Origin: a virus
Direction: 5' to 3' (one strand)
IMG/VR virus record: IMGVR_UViG_3300021399_000006
Location: 14,128-78,127 of that record
DNA: 64,000 bases
Every line of letters begins with the position of its first letter. Within the stretch, counting starts at the first letter, position 1. The notes beneath the pieces were generated by a model. It saw nothing but the letters and a program-made list of their open reading frames with translations. It had not been told where the DNA came from and did no database searches. Positions 19,338 through 28,971 of this stretch are shown piece after piece. The position numbers were made by a program, and so were the translations under genes.

Positions 19338-19526
19338 TTAAATTGCTTTAGGACGTTTCCGAGGATGTACACGACCTGTTTTAATAGCTTCCGCCATGAA
19401 CTTTTCCTTGGCTTCGACTTCATCAGGGGGAGCGATTGTAACCAAAGTTACAAATCTTTCAGGTGCATACAGATTTTCAATATCCTTGTAAGTAAAAAGA
19501 CCGCCACCATAAACAACTTTTCTCAT
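19338..19526 (-). CDS. hypothetical protein
   Basis: Track ORF of 62 aa. Confidence 0.45.
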   Translation of the reverse strand: MRKVVYGGGLFTYKDIENLYAPERFVTLVTIAPPDEVEAKEKFMAEAIKTGRVHPRKRPKAI

Positions 19527-19592
19527 AGTATTTTCTCCTTTTGTGTAATGTTTTCTCTTGATGATTATATTATATCATAGTTTAGGAAAAAG

Positions 19593-19775
19593 TCAATACA
19601 TAATGTAAAGTTTTTTTCCATCTTTTGATTTCCACATTTCCAGACCCTTGCTGTTAAAGCCGAGGAAAATAACAGGGACGTTTAAAACATAAATAGGCTC
19701 AACCTTAATGTCAGGATTAAGACCAAATTTTTCGATGACAGTTCTCAATTCTTTATCAGACATAAGTTTTCTCAT
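19593..19775 (-). CDS. small protein (60 aa) with tandem structured leader (19780-19960)
   Basis: Part of track ORF 19593..19907. ATG at ~19775. Confidence 0.4.
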   Translation of the reverse strand: MRKLMSDKELRTVIEKFGLNPDIKVEPIYVLNVPVIFLGFNSKGLEMWKSKDGKKLYIMY

Positions 19776-20150
19776 TTTTATCACCTCGTTTTGTATTATT
19801 TTGTCGTATAGGGGATACCGCTGGTTCGTGTAGGCGGCAGATACCAAATCCCCTATAATAGAGAGCCACAGGTCTGTATGTGGATACCGCATCTCTATGG
19901 GGAGCACCGCTGGTTCGTATAGGCGGCAGATACCTGAACCTCATCTTGGTTCGCTCCCCCTTGACAATTATTATTATAAGCGATAGACCAAAAAAATGCA
20001 ATAGATAAAATGCACAAATTTCAGGATGGATCTTTGTGCATTTTTTTTGAAAAAATGCTTGACAAAAAGGTGGCAGGTATGGTATAATGGAACTTCGGCC
20101 CGCGGCGATGAGAAGCAAACCGCCGCGGGCCGGCCAAAAGATGAGGAGTT

Positions 20151-20342
20151 TTACTCCTCATCCTCATCATCCCATCCGTCATCTCTAAGAGCAAGTTCTT
20201 TCAGGCCGGCAAGCTGTTCATCAGTCATCTGGGGATTGAGTTCAACCTCAATGCAGAACCAGATTGTAATCTTATCTTCAAAACCAAGGGTTCTCATAAC
20301 TTCATCCATTGCTTCGTTATTTCTTTTGGTGTAATTTGTCAT
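20151..20342 (-). CDS. small acidic protein (63 aa; C-terminal DDGWDDEDEE)
   Basis: Track ORF. Confidence 0.5.
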   Translation of the reverse strand: MTNYTKRNNEAMDEVMRTLGFEDKITIWFCIEVELNPQMTDEQLAGLKELALRDDGWDDEDEE

Positions 20343-20823
20343 TTTTTTATCCCCTTTCTTTTGATGATTATATTATATCAAAATTTTTCTTTTTTGTCAA
20401 CCGTCAGAAATCAATTTTTTTATATTTCTGACGGTTGTAATCCTTTTTGGATTTGTGTGTGCGGATTCCTGTATTGAAGGGGACAAGCACACGTTTCTGT
20501 GCGTTTTTTGCTTTCCGCACTTTTTTATTTTCGTTTGTCATTTTATCACCCCCTTTTTTTTCTTTTTTAACTATAAATTCTACAAAATAATCCTTCTTGA
20601 TTAAACTCAAAACTAATGTTTTCTCCAGACATAGGATTTTCATATTCTAAATTATATTCATCCTCGTAAACAAGTTGCTGTCCTGTAATTTCCATCATAT
20701 TTTTAATTTGTTCTTTTGTCATATTTTTTATTTTCCTTCCATTCGATTGATTATTTGTTTTCCTTTAACTGTATTTATTATATCAAAGGGTTTGGCTTTT
20801 GTCAAGCCCTTTTTTCATTTTTT

Positions 20824-21123
20824 TTAAATTTTATTATATCCTGCTCTCATGTGCTCAATAGCAAGATTGATAATGTCCTGCGGAGCTTCGTTTTCTGCGT
20901 AGTACCGTCTAATCTGATTCGGTCTTGCGATAAGAATGGTAATCATAATACCTGTCCGCTTGTTGTAGATTACTACCAATCCGGTTGTAGTAATCTTATG
21001 GACTTCGGGTCCATTCTTATGACCACGGTCTACAGTGACTTCCTTTACAACCTGCCCCATTCCGATCTGGGCGATAATCTGGCTACGTCTCTGGCGGTCG
21101 GCTCTCCAATGCTTGCTGTTCAT
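20824..21123 (-). CDS. hypothetical basic protein
   Basis: Track ORF of 99 aa. Confidence 0.5.
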   Translation of the reverse strand: MNSKHWRADRQRRSQIIAQIGMGQVVKEVTVDRGHKNGPEVHKITTTGLVVIYNKRTGIMITILIARPNQIRRYYAENEAPQDIINLAIEHMRAGYNKI

Positions 21124-21333
21124 GTCGTATCTCCTTTCCTTTATCTTATGTATACATTATACCCCATGAGAGCGGCCATGTCAAGTAAAATATTGCACAA
21201 AATTTCAGGAATTTTGTGCCTGATCTTTGTGCACTTTTCCGATATTGATTTTTTCTAGCGGTTGTGGTATAATGATTCCCGGCCCGGCCTGGCAAGGGAC
21301 GGCCAGCCGCGCGCCGCGCAAAAAGGACGAGGA

Positions 21334-21438
21334 TTAATCCTCGTCCTCGCCATTGAACTCTTCAAGAGTTACACCACACTCTGCAAGCAGTTCCTCAAGA
21401 GTTGCACCATAGTTCATCATTTCGTTAAGAGTAGTCAT
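21334..21438 (-). CDS. tiny acidic peptide (34 aa)
   Basis: Manual ORF with its own TTGACA-17-TATAAT promoter and RBS. Confidence 0.3.
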   Translation of the reverse strand: MTTLNEMMNYGATLEELLAECGVTLEEFNGEDED

Positions 21439-21539
21439 TTTGTACCACCTTTCTTTTGTATGTTTGTTTTCCTTTAACTATATTTATTATATCTTAAAGG
21501 GGTTGTTTTGTCAACCCCTTTTTTTATTTTATTTTTTGA

Positions 21540-21700
21540 GGAGATTTCCACTCCTCTCTCTTGGATGGCTTTGATTGTAGCGTAAGCACTTTGGGGAACT
21601 TAATCTCCAGTTACCTCACCCCGAAACTCGGACCATCAGAGTTTAAAACCGAGCGCTTGGTAGCTAAGGAATCGAACCTTAGTAGAACCGTTCTACCTTT
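21540..21700 (-). ncRNA. ORF-free cassette slot, candidate small RNA carrying a tRNA-like T-arm (GGUUCGAUUCC)
   Basis: Bounded by standard cassette promoter/terminator motifs. No ORF of 30 aa or more even with TAG read as sense. Confidence 0.3.
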
Positions 21701-21757
21701 CCTTTGATGATTATATATTATCATATTTGTTGACTTTTGTCAACCCCTTTTTTTATT

Positions 21758-21919
21758 TTATTTTTCAAGCCATTTGTAAAAGTTCTTTTTCCAGTTCTCA
21801 ATGATTTTTACAGTGTAAAAATCATCTTTACAAATTTCTTCAACCCTTGCATCGTCCATGTGATAACCGTTCTGAATCATTTCGTTGAAGATTGCTTTCT
21901 TGATTTCGTAGTTTGTCAT
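21758..21919 (-). CDS. small protein (53 aa)
   Basis: Manual ORF, own promoter. Confidence 0.35.
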   Translation of the reverse strand: MTNYEIKKAIFNEMIQNGYHMDDARVEEICKDDFYTVKIIENWKKNFYKWLEK

Positions 21920-22012
21920 TTTGTACCACCTTTCTTTGATCGGTTTGTTTCATTTCTTGATTATATTATATCAAAGGGGTTGAGGTTTGTCAACCCCTTT
22001 TTTAAAATTTTT

Positions 22013-22168
22013 TTAATCCCAAAAACCAGACCAAACAGAAAACCCTTGTTCATTTACTATTACGTGATCGAAATAGCCATTATCATATTTTTCCATATAA
22101 TCCAGGCAGTCGGCATAAGACCCCTCAAAAACAATTAATTCATCTTCGTTGCGTTCAACTCGATACAT
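22013..22168 (-). CDS. small acidic protein (51 aa)
   Basis: Manual ORF. Confidence 0.35.
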   Translation of the reverse strand: MYRVERNEDELIVFEGSYADCLDYMEKYDNGYFDHVIVNEQGFSVWSGFWD

Positions 22169-22266
22169 TTTAAATCTCCTTTTCATTTGATTGGGTTTTG
22201 TTTTCCTTTAACTGTATTTATTATATCAAAGGACTTGGCTTTTGTCAAGCCCTTTTTTAAAATTTT

Positions 22267-22446
22267 TTAGCACTCCCACGGTCCATCAGGGAAAAATGTT
22301 ACACAATTAAGGTCGTCATCCCATCCGCAAGAAAGAACATAGTTCTGCCACTGTCCAGACATAGCATCAATTTCTTTTTCCATTTTATCCATCATGTCTG
22401 CATCAATAGTAACGACTGCATCTAAAAACCATACATAACCTTTCAT
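22267..22446 (-). CDS. small acidic protein (59 aa)
   Basis: Manual ORF. Confidence 0.35.
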   Translation of the reverse strand: MKGYVWFLDAVVTIDADMMDKMEKEIDAMSGQWQNYVLSCGWDDDLNCVTFFPDGPWEC

Positions 22447-23022
22447 TTTATACCACCTTTCTTTTGTGCTTTTGTTTTCCTTTGATGATTATATTATATC
22501 AAAGGGCTTGGCTTTTGTCAAGCCCTTTTTTGATTTTTTTAAAATCTTTCTTTTAAAGCAAAACCCTTTTCATTACGAATAGCAATGTAGTCATAAGGAA
22601 ATTTTTTACAGGCTTTTTCAAAAACTTTTTCCGCTTCTTTCATAGTTGCTACTTTAAAACCGTAACGGAGAAAACCTACTGTGATGTGGAACATTTTGTA
22701 CCCCTTTCTTTGGATCGATTATTGTTTTCCTTTGATGATATAAGTATATCACACTATAGAAAAAAGTCAATAGATTTTTAAATAAAATATTGTACAAAAA
22801 AAGGATTAAAATAAAATAAATAATTATGCACTTTTCCCTCTTGACAACTGGCTGTCACATGTGATATAATGTTTCGGCCTGCAGCGGCCGCTTCCGCAGG
22901 CTTTGGAAAGAATGTTAAATTATTAACAATCGATCTTCTTTTGTACGATCGATTGTTAATAATACGCTTTGTTATAATATAATAAAAGCCTTATTAGTTT
23001 TATACTAATAAGGCTTTTATTT

Positions 23023-23265
23023 TTATTTAACGTCAACACCTTGACTTTTCAAATATGCAATTCTTGAAGGAACATATTCGTTATATCTTTTTTCAAGCTG
23101 TTCTTTTGAGTATCTCATAACATAGCTTCTATCAGCTTCTTTGTAGATACCAAGTTCAACCATTCTGTTAACCATAGCTTTCTTTGTCATTTTAAACCCC
23201 TTTCTCGATCGGTTCTTTGCTTCATTTGATAAATCAATTATAACGCTAAAAGACATATCTGTCAA
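23023..23265 (-). CDS. hypothetical basic protein
   Basis: Track ORF of 80 aa. Confidence 0.45.
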   Translation of the reverse strand: MTDMSFSVIIDLSNEAKNRSRKGFKMTKKAMVNRMVELGIYKEADRSYVMRYSKEQLEKRYNEYVPSRIAYLKSQGVDVK

Positions 23266-23614
23266 TACTTTTTTTAATTTTCAGACTATTTTTTTAATTT
23301 TCAGATAACTTTAAAATCTTCGTTTTTAAAGGGTTTACTTTGATCTTTTAACGTGTTAAAGTGTGTTATTTTTTTAACAAACAATAGCATTTTAGGAATG
23401 AAAAAATTTTTTAAAATTTTTTCATTTTTCCTCTTGACAAACTGGTTCTATGTGTGGTATAATTGTTCGGCCTGCAACGGCCGCTGGTGCTGACTAACAC
23501 AATAGAGTTTGTTTGTTAATTAACAAACAAACTCTATTACTTTAACGTATTAAAGAACATTGTTAAAACCTTAACAATCAATCTACTATGTTAGATTGAT
23601 AATAGTTTAACAAT

Positions 23615-23690
<76 letters not shown>

Positions 23691-24413
23691 TTGACTTAGT
23701 TTGATTATTTATCTTATTTTGATTAGTTTGACCTAACTCAGCAAAGCCACTTTTACACATTAGCGTACTAAAGTGTTATTTTTTTAACAAGTAAAAGACT
23801 AAATCTTTAAATTTTAAAATAAGTGTTAAAAATTTAACAAGCCCGCTAATGAGCAAAAGTAAGAGTTTAGTGTGTTAAAAACTTAACAAAGGCAAGACTG
23901 TATCACTTTACCATGTTAAAGTGTTAACGTGTTACTAATGAGCAAAAGTAAGAGTTTAGTATGTTAAAAATTTAACGCTTATCAGGAAAGGTGTGAGTTT
24001 AGTGTGTTAAAAATTTAACGCTTATCAGGAAAGGTCTGACTTTTATTGATTACAGATTTATGGATTCAGAAATCTGGATACGTGTTATTGCATTAAAATT
24101 CGGCGCGCATTGGCCTGCGCGCGCCGAGCAAAACTATTAAATACAAAAAAAGACCGCCCTAAATAAAATCATACGATTTTTTAGGGCGGTCCATTCTACG
24201 CAGCGTTTATATTTAGTTTTTTGTCTCTACACAGCATTCCCAAAACTTTTCTCTCGGTATTAACGGGGGGGGTGGGTTTTTGGGAAAAAATTTTTTTGAT
24301 TTTTAAAATTGATTATGGTCTCGCCATTCCCCGTACCAAAAGTTTTTAAGTTTTCAAACAACGTACCAAAAGTTTTTAAAAATCTAAATAACGGTTCCTC
24401 GCACCAAAAATTT

Positions 24414-24890
24414 TTAAGTTTTCAAATATAATATATTATAATAATCTAAAGCATCTACTTCTTCCATAAAAAAATGAATCCCAGGAGCACATATAAACAG
24501 TCTATTATCACAAAAATCTTTTACAGAAACTTCTTCTCCAACCTTATAAACAAAAGTAGAGTCATATATAGAATGAGCCTCTTTCAACTCTCCAGTAAAA
24601 TTTCTTATTTCTAATACTTTAGCTTTATCACATCTACATTTCTTACTATCTAATCCGCTAGTTCTTTTTGCATCTTCAGGAATTTCTAATTTTATTAAAG
24701 CATAATGATTTGATTCATCAACAGCACATTTCCAACCTATAAAACTCCCAGTTGCGGGACAGGCTAAAGGCGGAAATGGAATTTCTGCTTCTTCTTCCTT
24801 TTTCTTAAAAAAAGGATATAAAGCGGCAGTTATACATGCACTAAAAAAAATAAAACTAACAATCACTATTATAAAACTAAGAATTTTCAT
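24414..24890 (-). CDS. secreted/membrane-anchored Cys-rich protein
   Basis: Track ORF of 158 aa. N-terminal hydrophobic segment. Confidence 0.5.
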   Translation of the reverse strand: MKILSFIIVIVSFIFFSACITAALYPFFKKKEEEAEIPFPPLACPATGSFIGWKCAVDESNHYALIKLEIPEDAKRTSGLDSKKCRCDKAKVLEIRNFTGELKEAHSIYDSTFVYKVGEEVSVKDFCDNRLFICAPGIHFFMEEVDALDYYNILYLKT

Positions 24891-24917
24891 TATTTTTTAC
24901 ACCATTACCAAAAGTTT

Positions 24918-25193
24918 TTAAAAATTAATCTTTCCCGCAGGCAAAAACCTACTCAATCTTTCTACCATCCATCCTGGGGCTTCTTCCGCATGAACCTCTT
25001 CAATTTCCATTCCAGAAGGAACTGAAATTGTTAACACCCCTTCTTTAAAGGTATAAAATAAAACAGGAGCAGGAGATGTATTTTCAATACTTTTTACAAC
25101 CATATCTCTATAATCATAAACATCTCCTGTCTCACAATCTTGAGGTCTTGGAAGAAAAAATAAAACTCTCTCTTTACTAATATAATCTTGCAA
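24918..25193 (-). CDS. hypothetical protein
   Basis: Track ORF of 91 aa. Confidence 0.45.
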   Translation of the reverse strand: MQDYISKERVLFFLPRPQDCETGDVYDYRDMVVKSIENTSPAPVLFYTFKEGVLTISVPSGMEIEEVHAEEAPGWMVERLSRFLPAGKINF

Positions 25194-26129
25194 TTATTCC
25201 TTATCCCTCATGTCAACAATAGGAGTCGCGCCACCTGTAATTTGTGGCATTGCGCCATTCCAAGTCTTATAATAAATATACTCATTATATTCATCAGTCA
25301 GCGCGCCAGAAATCACCTTAATAGCTTCAGCCTCCGCTCTAGATTCAGTCTCCCTTGCGGCGGCAGCACCTTCCGCCTTAATCTTAGCCTTTTCTGCTTC
25401 AATTGCGGCAGCTTCCTTCTCTTTTTCCGCATTAATAAGCGCAACCGCCTTATCACGTTCCGCGTTCACCTTATCGGTTTCCGCAGTCACCTTCGCTGTT
25501 TCAAGTTCCTCTTGCGCCTTAATCTTTTTCTTAATAGCCTTATCGGTATCTTCATCAGGGCGGACATCAGTCAAAGAAACGCTATCAATAATAATACCAT
25601 ATTTATCAAATCTTTTCTGCATTTCTTCAGAGATGGCGGTATTCACGGTTCCTCTCTCTTTACTAACAATTTCAATCATACCATAGCGAGGAGTAATTTC
25701 CTTTATCCAACCTTGCATATTTGGTTTAATGAAACTATCAAGAATCTCTTTACCATCCTGTCCTCTAAATCTACTAAATGTTTCAGGCAAACGATTAATA
25801 TCAAAAGTATAACCGAAAGCAACATCTACTTCGAGAGATGCGCCTTCCTTAGTGGGAACCTCAAAACTTTCATCATCTTCAGAGTCTCCACGCGAATCCT
25901 TTGACATGTATGACTGTTCTCTTGCAATAGTATATTTAGTTACAGTTTTAGTGGGTGAAAGGAATTTCCAACCTTGCGTCAATACCTTCTCTTCAAGGCC
26001 ACCATTCATATTATAAACAATACCTGCGTAACCTGCGGGAATCTTGGTCGAAAATAATATAAAACCAAAGACTATCAATACCAAAACAACACCAATAGCA
26101 ACTCCGCCAACTTTTCCATTTTTTCTCAT
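25194..26129 (-). CDS. SPFH/band-7 (stomatin/prohibitin/HflK-C-like) membrane protein with Ala/Glu/Lys-rich coiled-coil tail
   Basis: Track ORF of 311 aa. N-terminal TM helix, SPFH core, EAEKAKIKAEGAAAARE repeats. Confidence 0.65.
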   Translation of the reverse strand: MRKNGKVGGVAIGVVLVLIVFGFILFSTKIPAGYAGIVYNMNGGLEEKVLTQGWKFLSPTKTVTKYTIAREQSYMSKDSRGDSEDDESFEVPTKEGASLEVDVAFGYTFDINRLPETFSRFRGQDGKEILDSFIKPNMQGWIKEITPRYGMIEIVSKERGTVNTAISEEMQKRFDKYGIIIDSVSLTDVRPDEDTDKAIKKKIKAQEELETAKVTAETDKVNAERDKAVALINAEKEKEAAAIEAEKAKIKAEGAAAARETESRAEAEAIKVISGALTDEYNEYIYYKTWNGAMPQITGGATPIVDMRDKE

Positions 26130-26137
26130 AAAATTTT

Positions 26138-26293
26138 TTACTCCTCTTCTTCTTTATTTAAACTTCTTTCTATATCTTCCTTCATATCATTTATAACGCT
26201 GCCAATAAAAGGGAAGAAAATATTAAGCGCACACCATAATAGAAATGCGCAAATAATAACGATAACTATAAATAATGGGTTTAATACTGCCAT
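26138..26293 (-). CDS. small membrane protein (51 aa)
   Basis: Manual ORF. RBS GGAG. Confidence 0.35.
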   Translation of the reverse strand: MAVLNPLFIVIVIICAFLLWCALNIFFPFIGSVINDMKEDIERSLNKEEEE

Positions 26294-26481
26294 TTTATCT
26301 TACTCCTTTCTTTATATTTTTATAGCTTGAGCTATTGATATAACCATTATAATTATAAAAATTATAATATTATATATACACATATCATCATCATAATCTT
26401 CATAATTAAAAATAGAAGTTCTTTCTATAATATTAAAAAATATAGACATCATACACATTCCCGCAATAAAGGCATTCCAAT

Positions 26482-26631
26482 TCATTTAACCTTTTCTCCA
26501 TAAATTTCTTCTATAATACGGTCATCAATCCTTTTCATAGTTGCCATGCCCTCTTTGTAGCCAAGAAAGAAGCCGAAGGCGAAAATAATCACTATACAGA
26601 TAAAATAAATAATTCCTAATATAATATCCAT
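26482..26631 (-). CDS. small membrane protein (49 aa)
   Basis: Manual ORF. Confidence 0.35.
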   Translation of the reverse strand: MDIILGIIYFICIVIIFAFGFFLGYKEGMATMKRIDDRIIEEIYGEKVK

Positions 26632-26942
26632 CCTGCTCACTCCTCTTTATCAAATGCTGAAAAATCACCATTCAGAAGATGCTCTATAATAGTATATTCA
26701 TTATTTGTGAGATATATCTTGCCCTGTCGCTCAAGACGAAAAATTAACTTTGCAAAAAATATGATTGCGTTCTTTATTGCCTTGTTATCCACGCTCTCAC
26801 TCCTCTCATTTTTTATGTTTTGCAAAATCCTCTAATGCCATAAAGAATAACCATATCGGGAACATAAATATAGCAACCAATATAAAGGTTTCTACAATAA
26901 AAAGAACCACAACAAAGATTGTATATAATATTTGCAGTATAC

Positions 26943-27266
26943 TCATGTTTCTTTTCTTTTCCCTTCACTGCAAAAATCATCGTGATTTACTTTTTTCACT
27001 CCGCTTGTAAGGTTGCACCACCATCTACCAGATTCCGCGTCGAATAAATGGTAATTGCAATCCTTACACCTGACCACAGGTACAACATCAGCAGGTGACA
27101 TCTGCTCAACCACTATTGCCATTGCTCTTGCTCCTTGCGCATATGGAATACCGCCATTTTGTTCTAAATCATCCGCATTTGCGTTTATTTCATTGACCAC
27201 ATCTTGCTTGCGGATATATTTATCTGTCATCCTCTGCCTCCTCAAACTCATCACAGTCATCCTCAT
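26943..27266 (-). CDS. Cys-rich hypothetical protein
   Basis: Track ORF of 107 aa. Confidence 0.45.
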   Translation of the reverse strand: MRMTVMSLRRQRMTDKYIRKQDVVNEINANADDLEQNGGIPYAQGARAMAIVVEQMSPADVVPVVRCKDCNYHLFDAESGRWWCNLTSGVKKVNHDDFCSEGKRKET

Positions 27267-27394
27267 CTAAATCTTTTTGGCACCCATCCACAAACCACTG
27301 TCTCTTGCGTGTGCTGTAATAGGTATCATATCCCCATATTGCATATTTGCATTTTGTACAGTCAGGCATTAGAGTCCTCCGCTCTCTTTTTTCA

Positions 27395-27670
27395 TCATCT
27401 ACTTTCAATAATCGTTACTGTACCTTCAAACACTCCCCATTCCGTATCAGCTTTGAATGTATGTGTTTCCGGCTTTTCATCGTCACGCATCGGTCTTGTC
27501 AGATACCACAGAGCAGAATCATCTTTCCATGTGATTTCTTCTAACTTCTGTCCTTTGGGTAATTCTAAGGTCATACTTCCACCGTAATTTCTAGTAGCTG
27601 CATGACAGCCAGTTAACATAGCTATTATCATTAATATTACAATACTCTTTTTAATCATCTTATTTCTCAC
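27395..27670 (-). CDS. lipoprotein (signal peptide + LTGC lipobox)
   Basis: Track ORF of 91 aa. Confidence 0.55.
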   Translation of the reverse strand: MRNKMIKKSIVILMIIAMLTGCHAATRNYGGSMTLELPKGQKLEEITWKDDSALWYLTRPMRDDEKPETHTFKADTEWGVFEGTVTIIESR

Positions 27671-27694
27671 CTCTTATAAGAACTTCTTTATCAA

Positions 27695-27967
27695 TCATGC
27701 TTTATCCTCTATATAAGGTTCAGGAAGCGGCATCCATGCAACGATACATTTAGTATTATAAACATCTTTTCCAATTGCCCAGCCTGGAGTATCACGATAA
27801 ATACCATCTGAAGATAATAATTTTTCACAATATGTTGCCGTTTCAACTATATACCACTTTTCTCCATTTGGATAATAGCTTTTTCTTGTTACGAGTATAG
27901 GATCAGACCATAATTCATAATCTGTTTCTGGTAATCTTTCCTTTACTGGAATCCATTCATAATTCAT
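27695..27967 (-). CDS. hypothetical protein
   Basis: Track ORF of 90 aa. Confidence 0.45.
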   Translation of the reverse strand: MNYEWIPVKERLPETDYELWSDPILVTRKSYYPNGEKWYIVETATYCEKLLSSDGIYRDTPGWAIGKDVYNTKCIVAWMPLPEPYIEDKA

Positions 27968-28236
27968 ACTTCTTCCTCCTCAAAATACTTATTCCACCAT
28001 TTAATAGCCTTTTTCAAACTATTAAAGCGGTGTTCCTCTAAATCTCTATATTCATCTTCAAGGCATTCACCGATATTAATTTGATACCATGCATTATCAC
28101 GGGCGGGTTCCGCACAGAAACTCAAATTAATTTCCATATCTTTTCCTTCTCTTGTAAATTCCTCAAAAGAAAGAAGAATTTCTCTAACTCCAAGTTCACT
28201 AAAATCTTCAACTGTCAATTTTTTCATTTTATTCAC
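27964..28236 (-). CDS. hypothetical acidic protein
   Basis: Track ORF of 90 aa. Confidence 0.45.
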   Translation of the reverse strand: MNKMKKLTVEDFSELGVREILLSFEEFTREGKDMEINLSFCAEPARDNAWYQINIGECLEDEYRDLEEHRFNSLKKAIKWWNKYFEEEEV

Positions 28237-28819
28237 CTATATCAGTTATTAAATGTTTTCCTGCTTCCATGTTTGACTTATCAAGGCGGATTACTTGGTT
28301 TGCAGTAATATCACCAGTTACATCACCAAAAATTACAACAACAGATTTTCCTCCATTGGCGGAAATGTCTCCCGTATGATTACCGTAAATAACAACATTA
28401 TCACCAGTTATATCACCTACTCTATCATTATTTACTTTAATTGTAGTAGATTTTTTATCGGAATCCTCTTCAGCATTTCCCCATATTTTCCACCACATAG
28501 ATTCAGGTGGAGGGGTAGACCCGTTCAGTCTACCAGCGTCGCATACATAAATAAGACCTTTATATTTTACTTTATCATATTTAGTATAAAGTGTATCTTC
28601 CTTCCATTCTTCTACTATTTCTTCTGCATTTCTTGTTAATTGCTTCCAAGCAGATTTATAAATAGGAATAATAGAATTTTGAGGATGAAGAGACATAAAA
28701 ATATCTCCATTAAATTCAACGAGGTCTCCTTCTGCATATGTTTTAAAAGAATTATAAGAATCTACAGGAATACCATGCCATGTCAATATATAATCGTTAC
28801 AATCGTTACATTTAATCAT
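28229..28819 (-). CDS. hypothetical protein with bactofilin-like beta-helix repeats (GDITGD.VVIYG..TGDI)
   Basis: Track ORF of 196 aa. First gene of the leftward early transcript. Confidence 0.45.
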   Translation of the reverse strand: MIKCNDCNDYILTWHGIPVDSYNSFKTYAEGDLVEFNGDIFMSLHPQNSIIPIYKSAWKQLTRNAEEIVEEWKEDTLYTKYDKVKYKGLIYVCDAGRLNGSTPPPESMWWKIWGNAEEDSDKKSTTIKVNNDRVGDITGDNVVIYGNHTGDISANGGKSVVVIFGDVTGDITANQVIRLDKSNMEAGKHLITDIGE

Positions 28820-28834
28820 TTTTCTTCCTTTCTC

Positions 28835-28960
28835 TTGTCTTTCATTTTCTAAAAATATTATATCAAAAAAAATTCAAAAAAACAAGTCAATTTGCTATTT
28901 AAGCTACTTTGACTTGTACAAAAAATTTTGATATACTAAAAATATAAGGTCAAGAAAGGA
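28835..28960. promoter_or_regulatory. Divergent promoter pair at the early/late boundary: a leftward one (TTGACT-18-TGATATAAT) and a rightward one (TTGACT-17-TATACT) for the late operon
   Basis: Hexamers read on both strands. Confidence 0.55.
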
Positions 28961-28971
28961 GAATCTTATAA

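Noticed and set aside
21653-21700. A complete tRNA gene on the minus strand (GGTTCGATTCC T-loop)
   Set aside because: Only a T-arm and an acceptor-like 3' half are present. The expected D-arm and anticodon arm are replaced by a 2-nt-loop hairpin and promoter sequence. Reported as a tRNA-like fragment instead.
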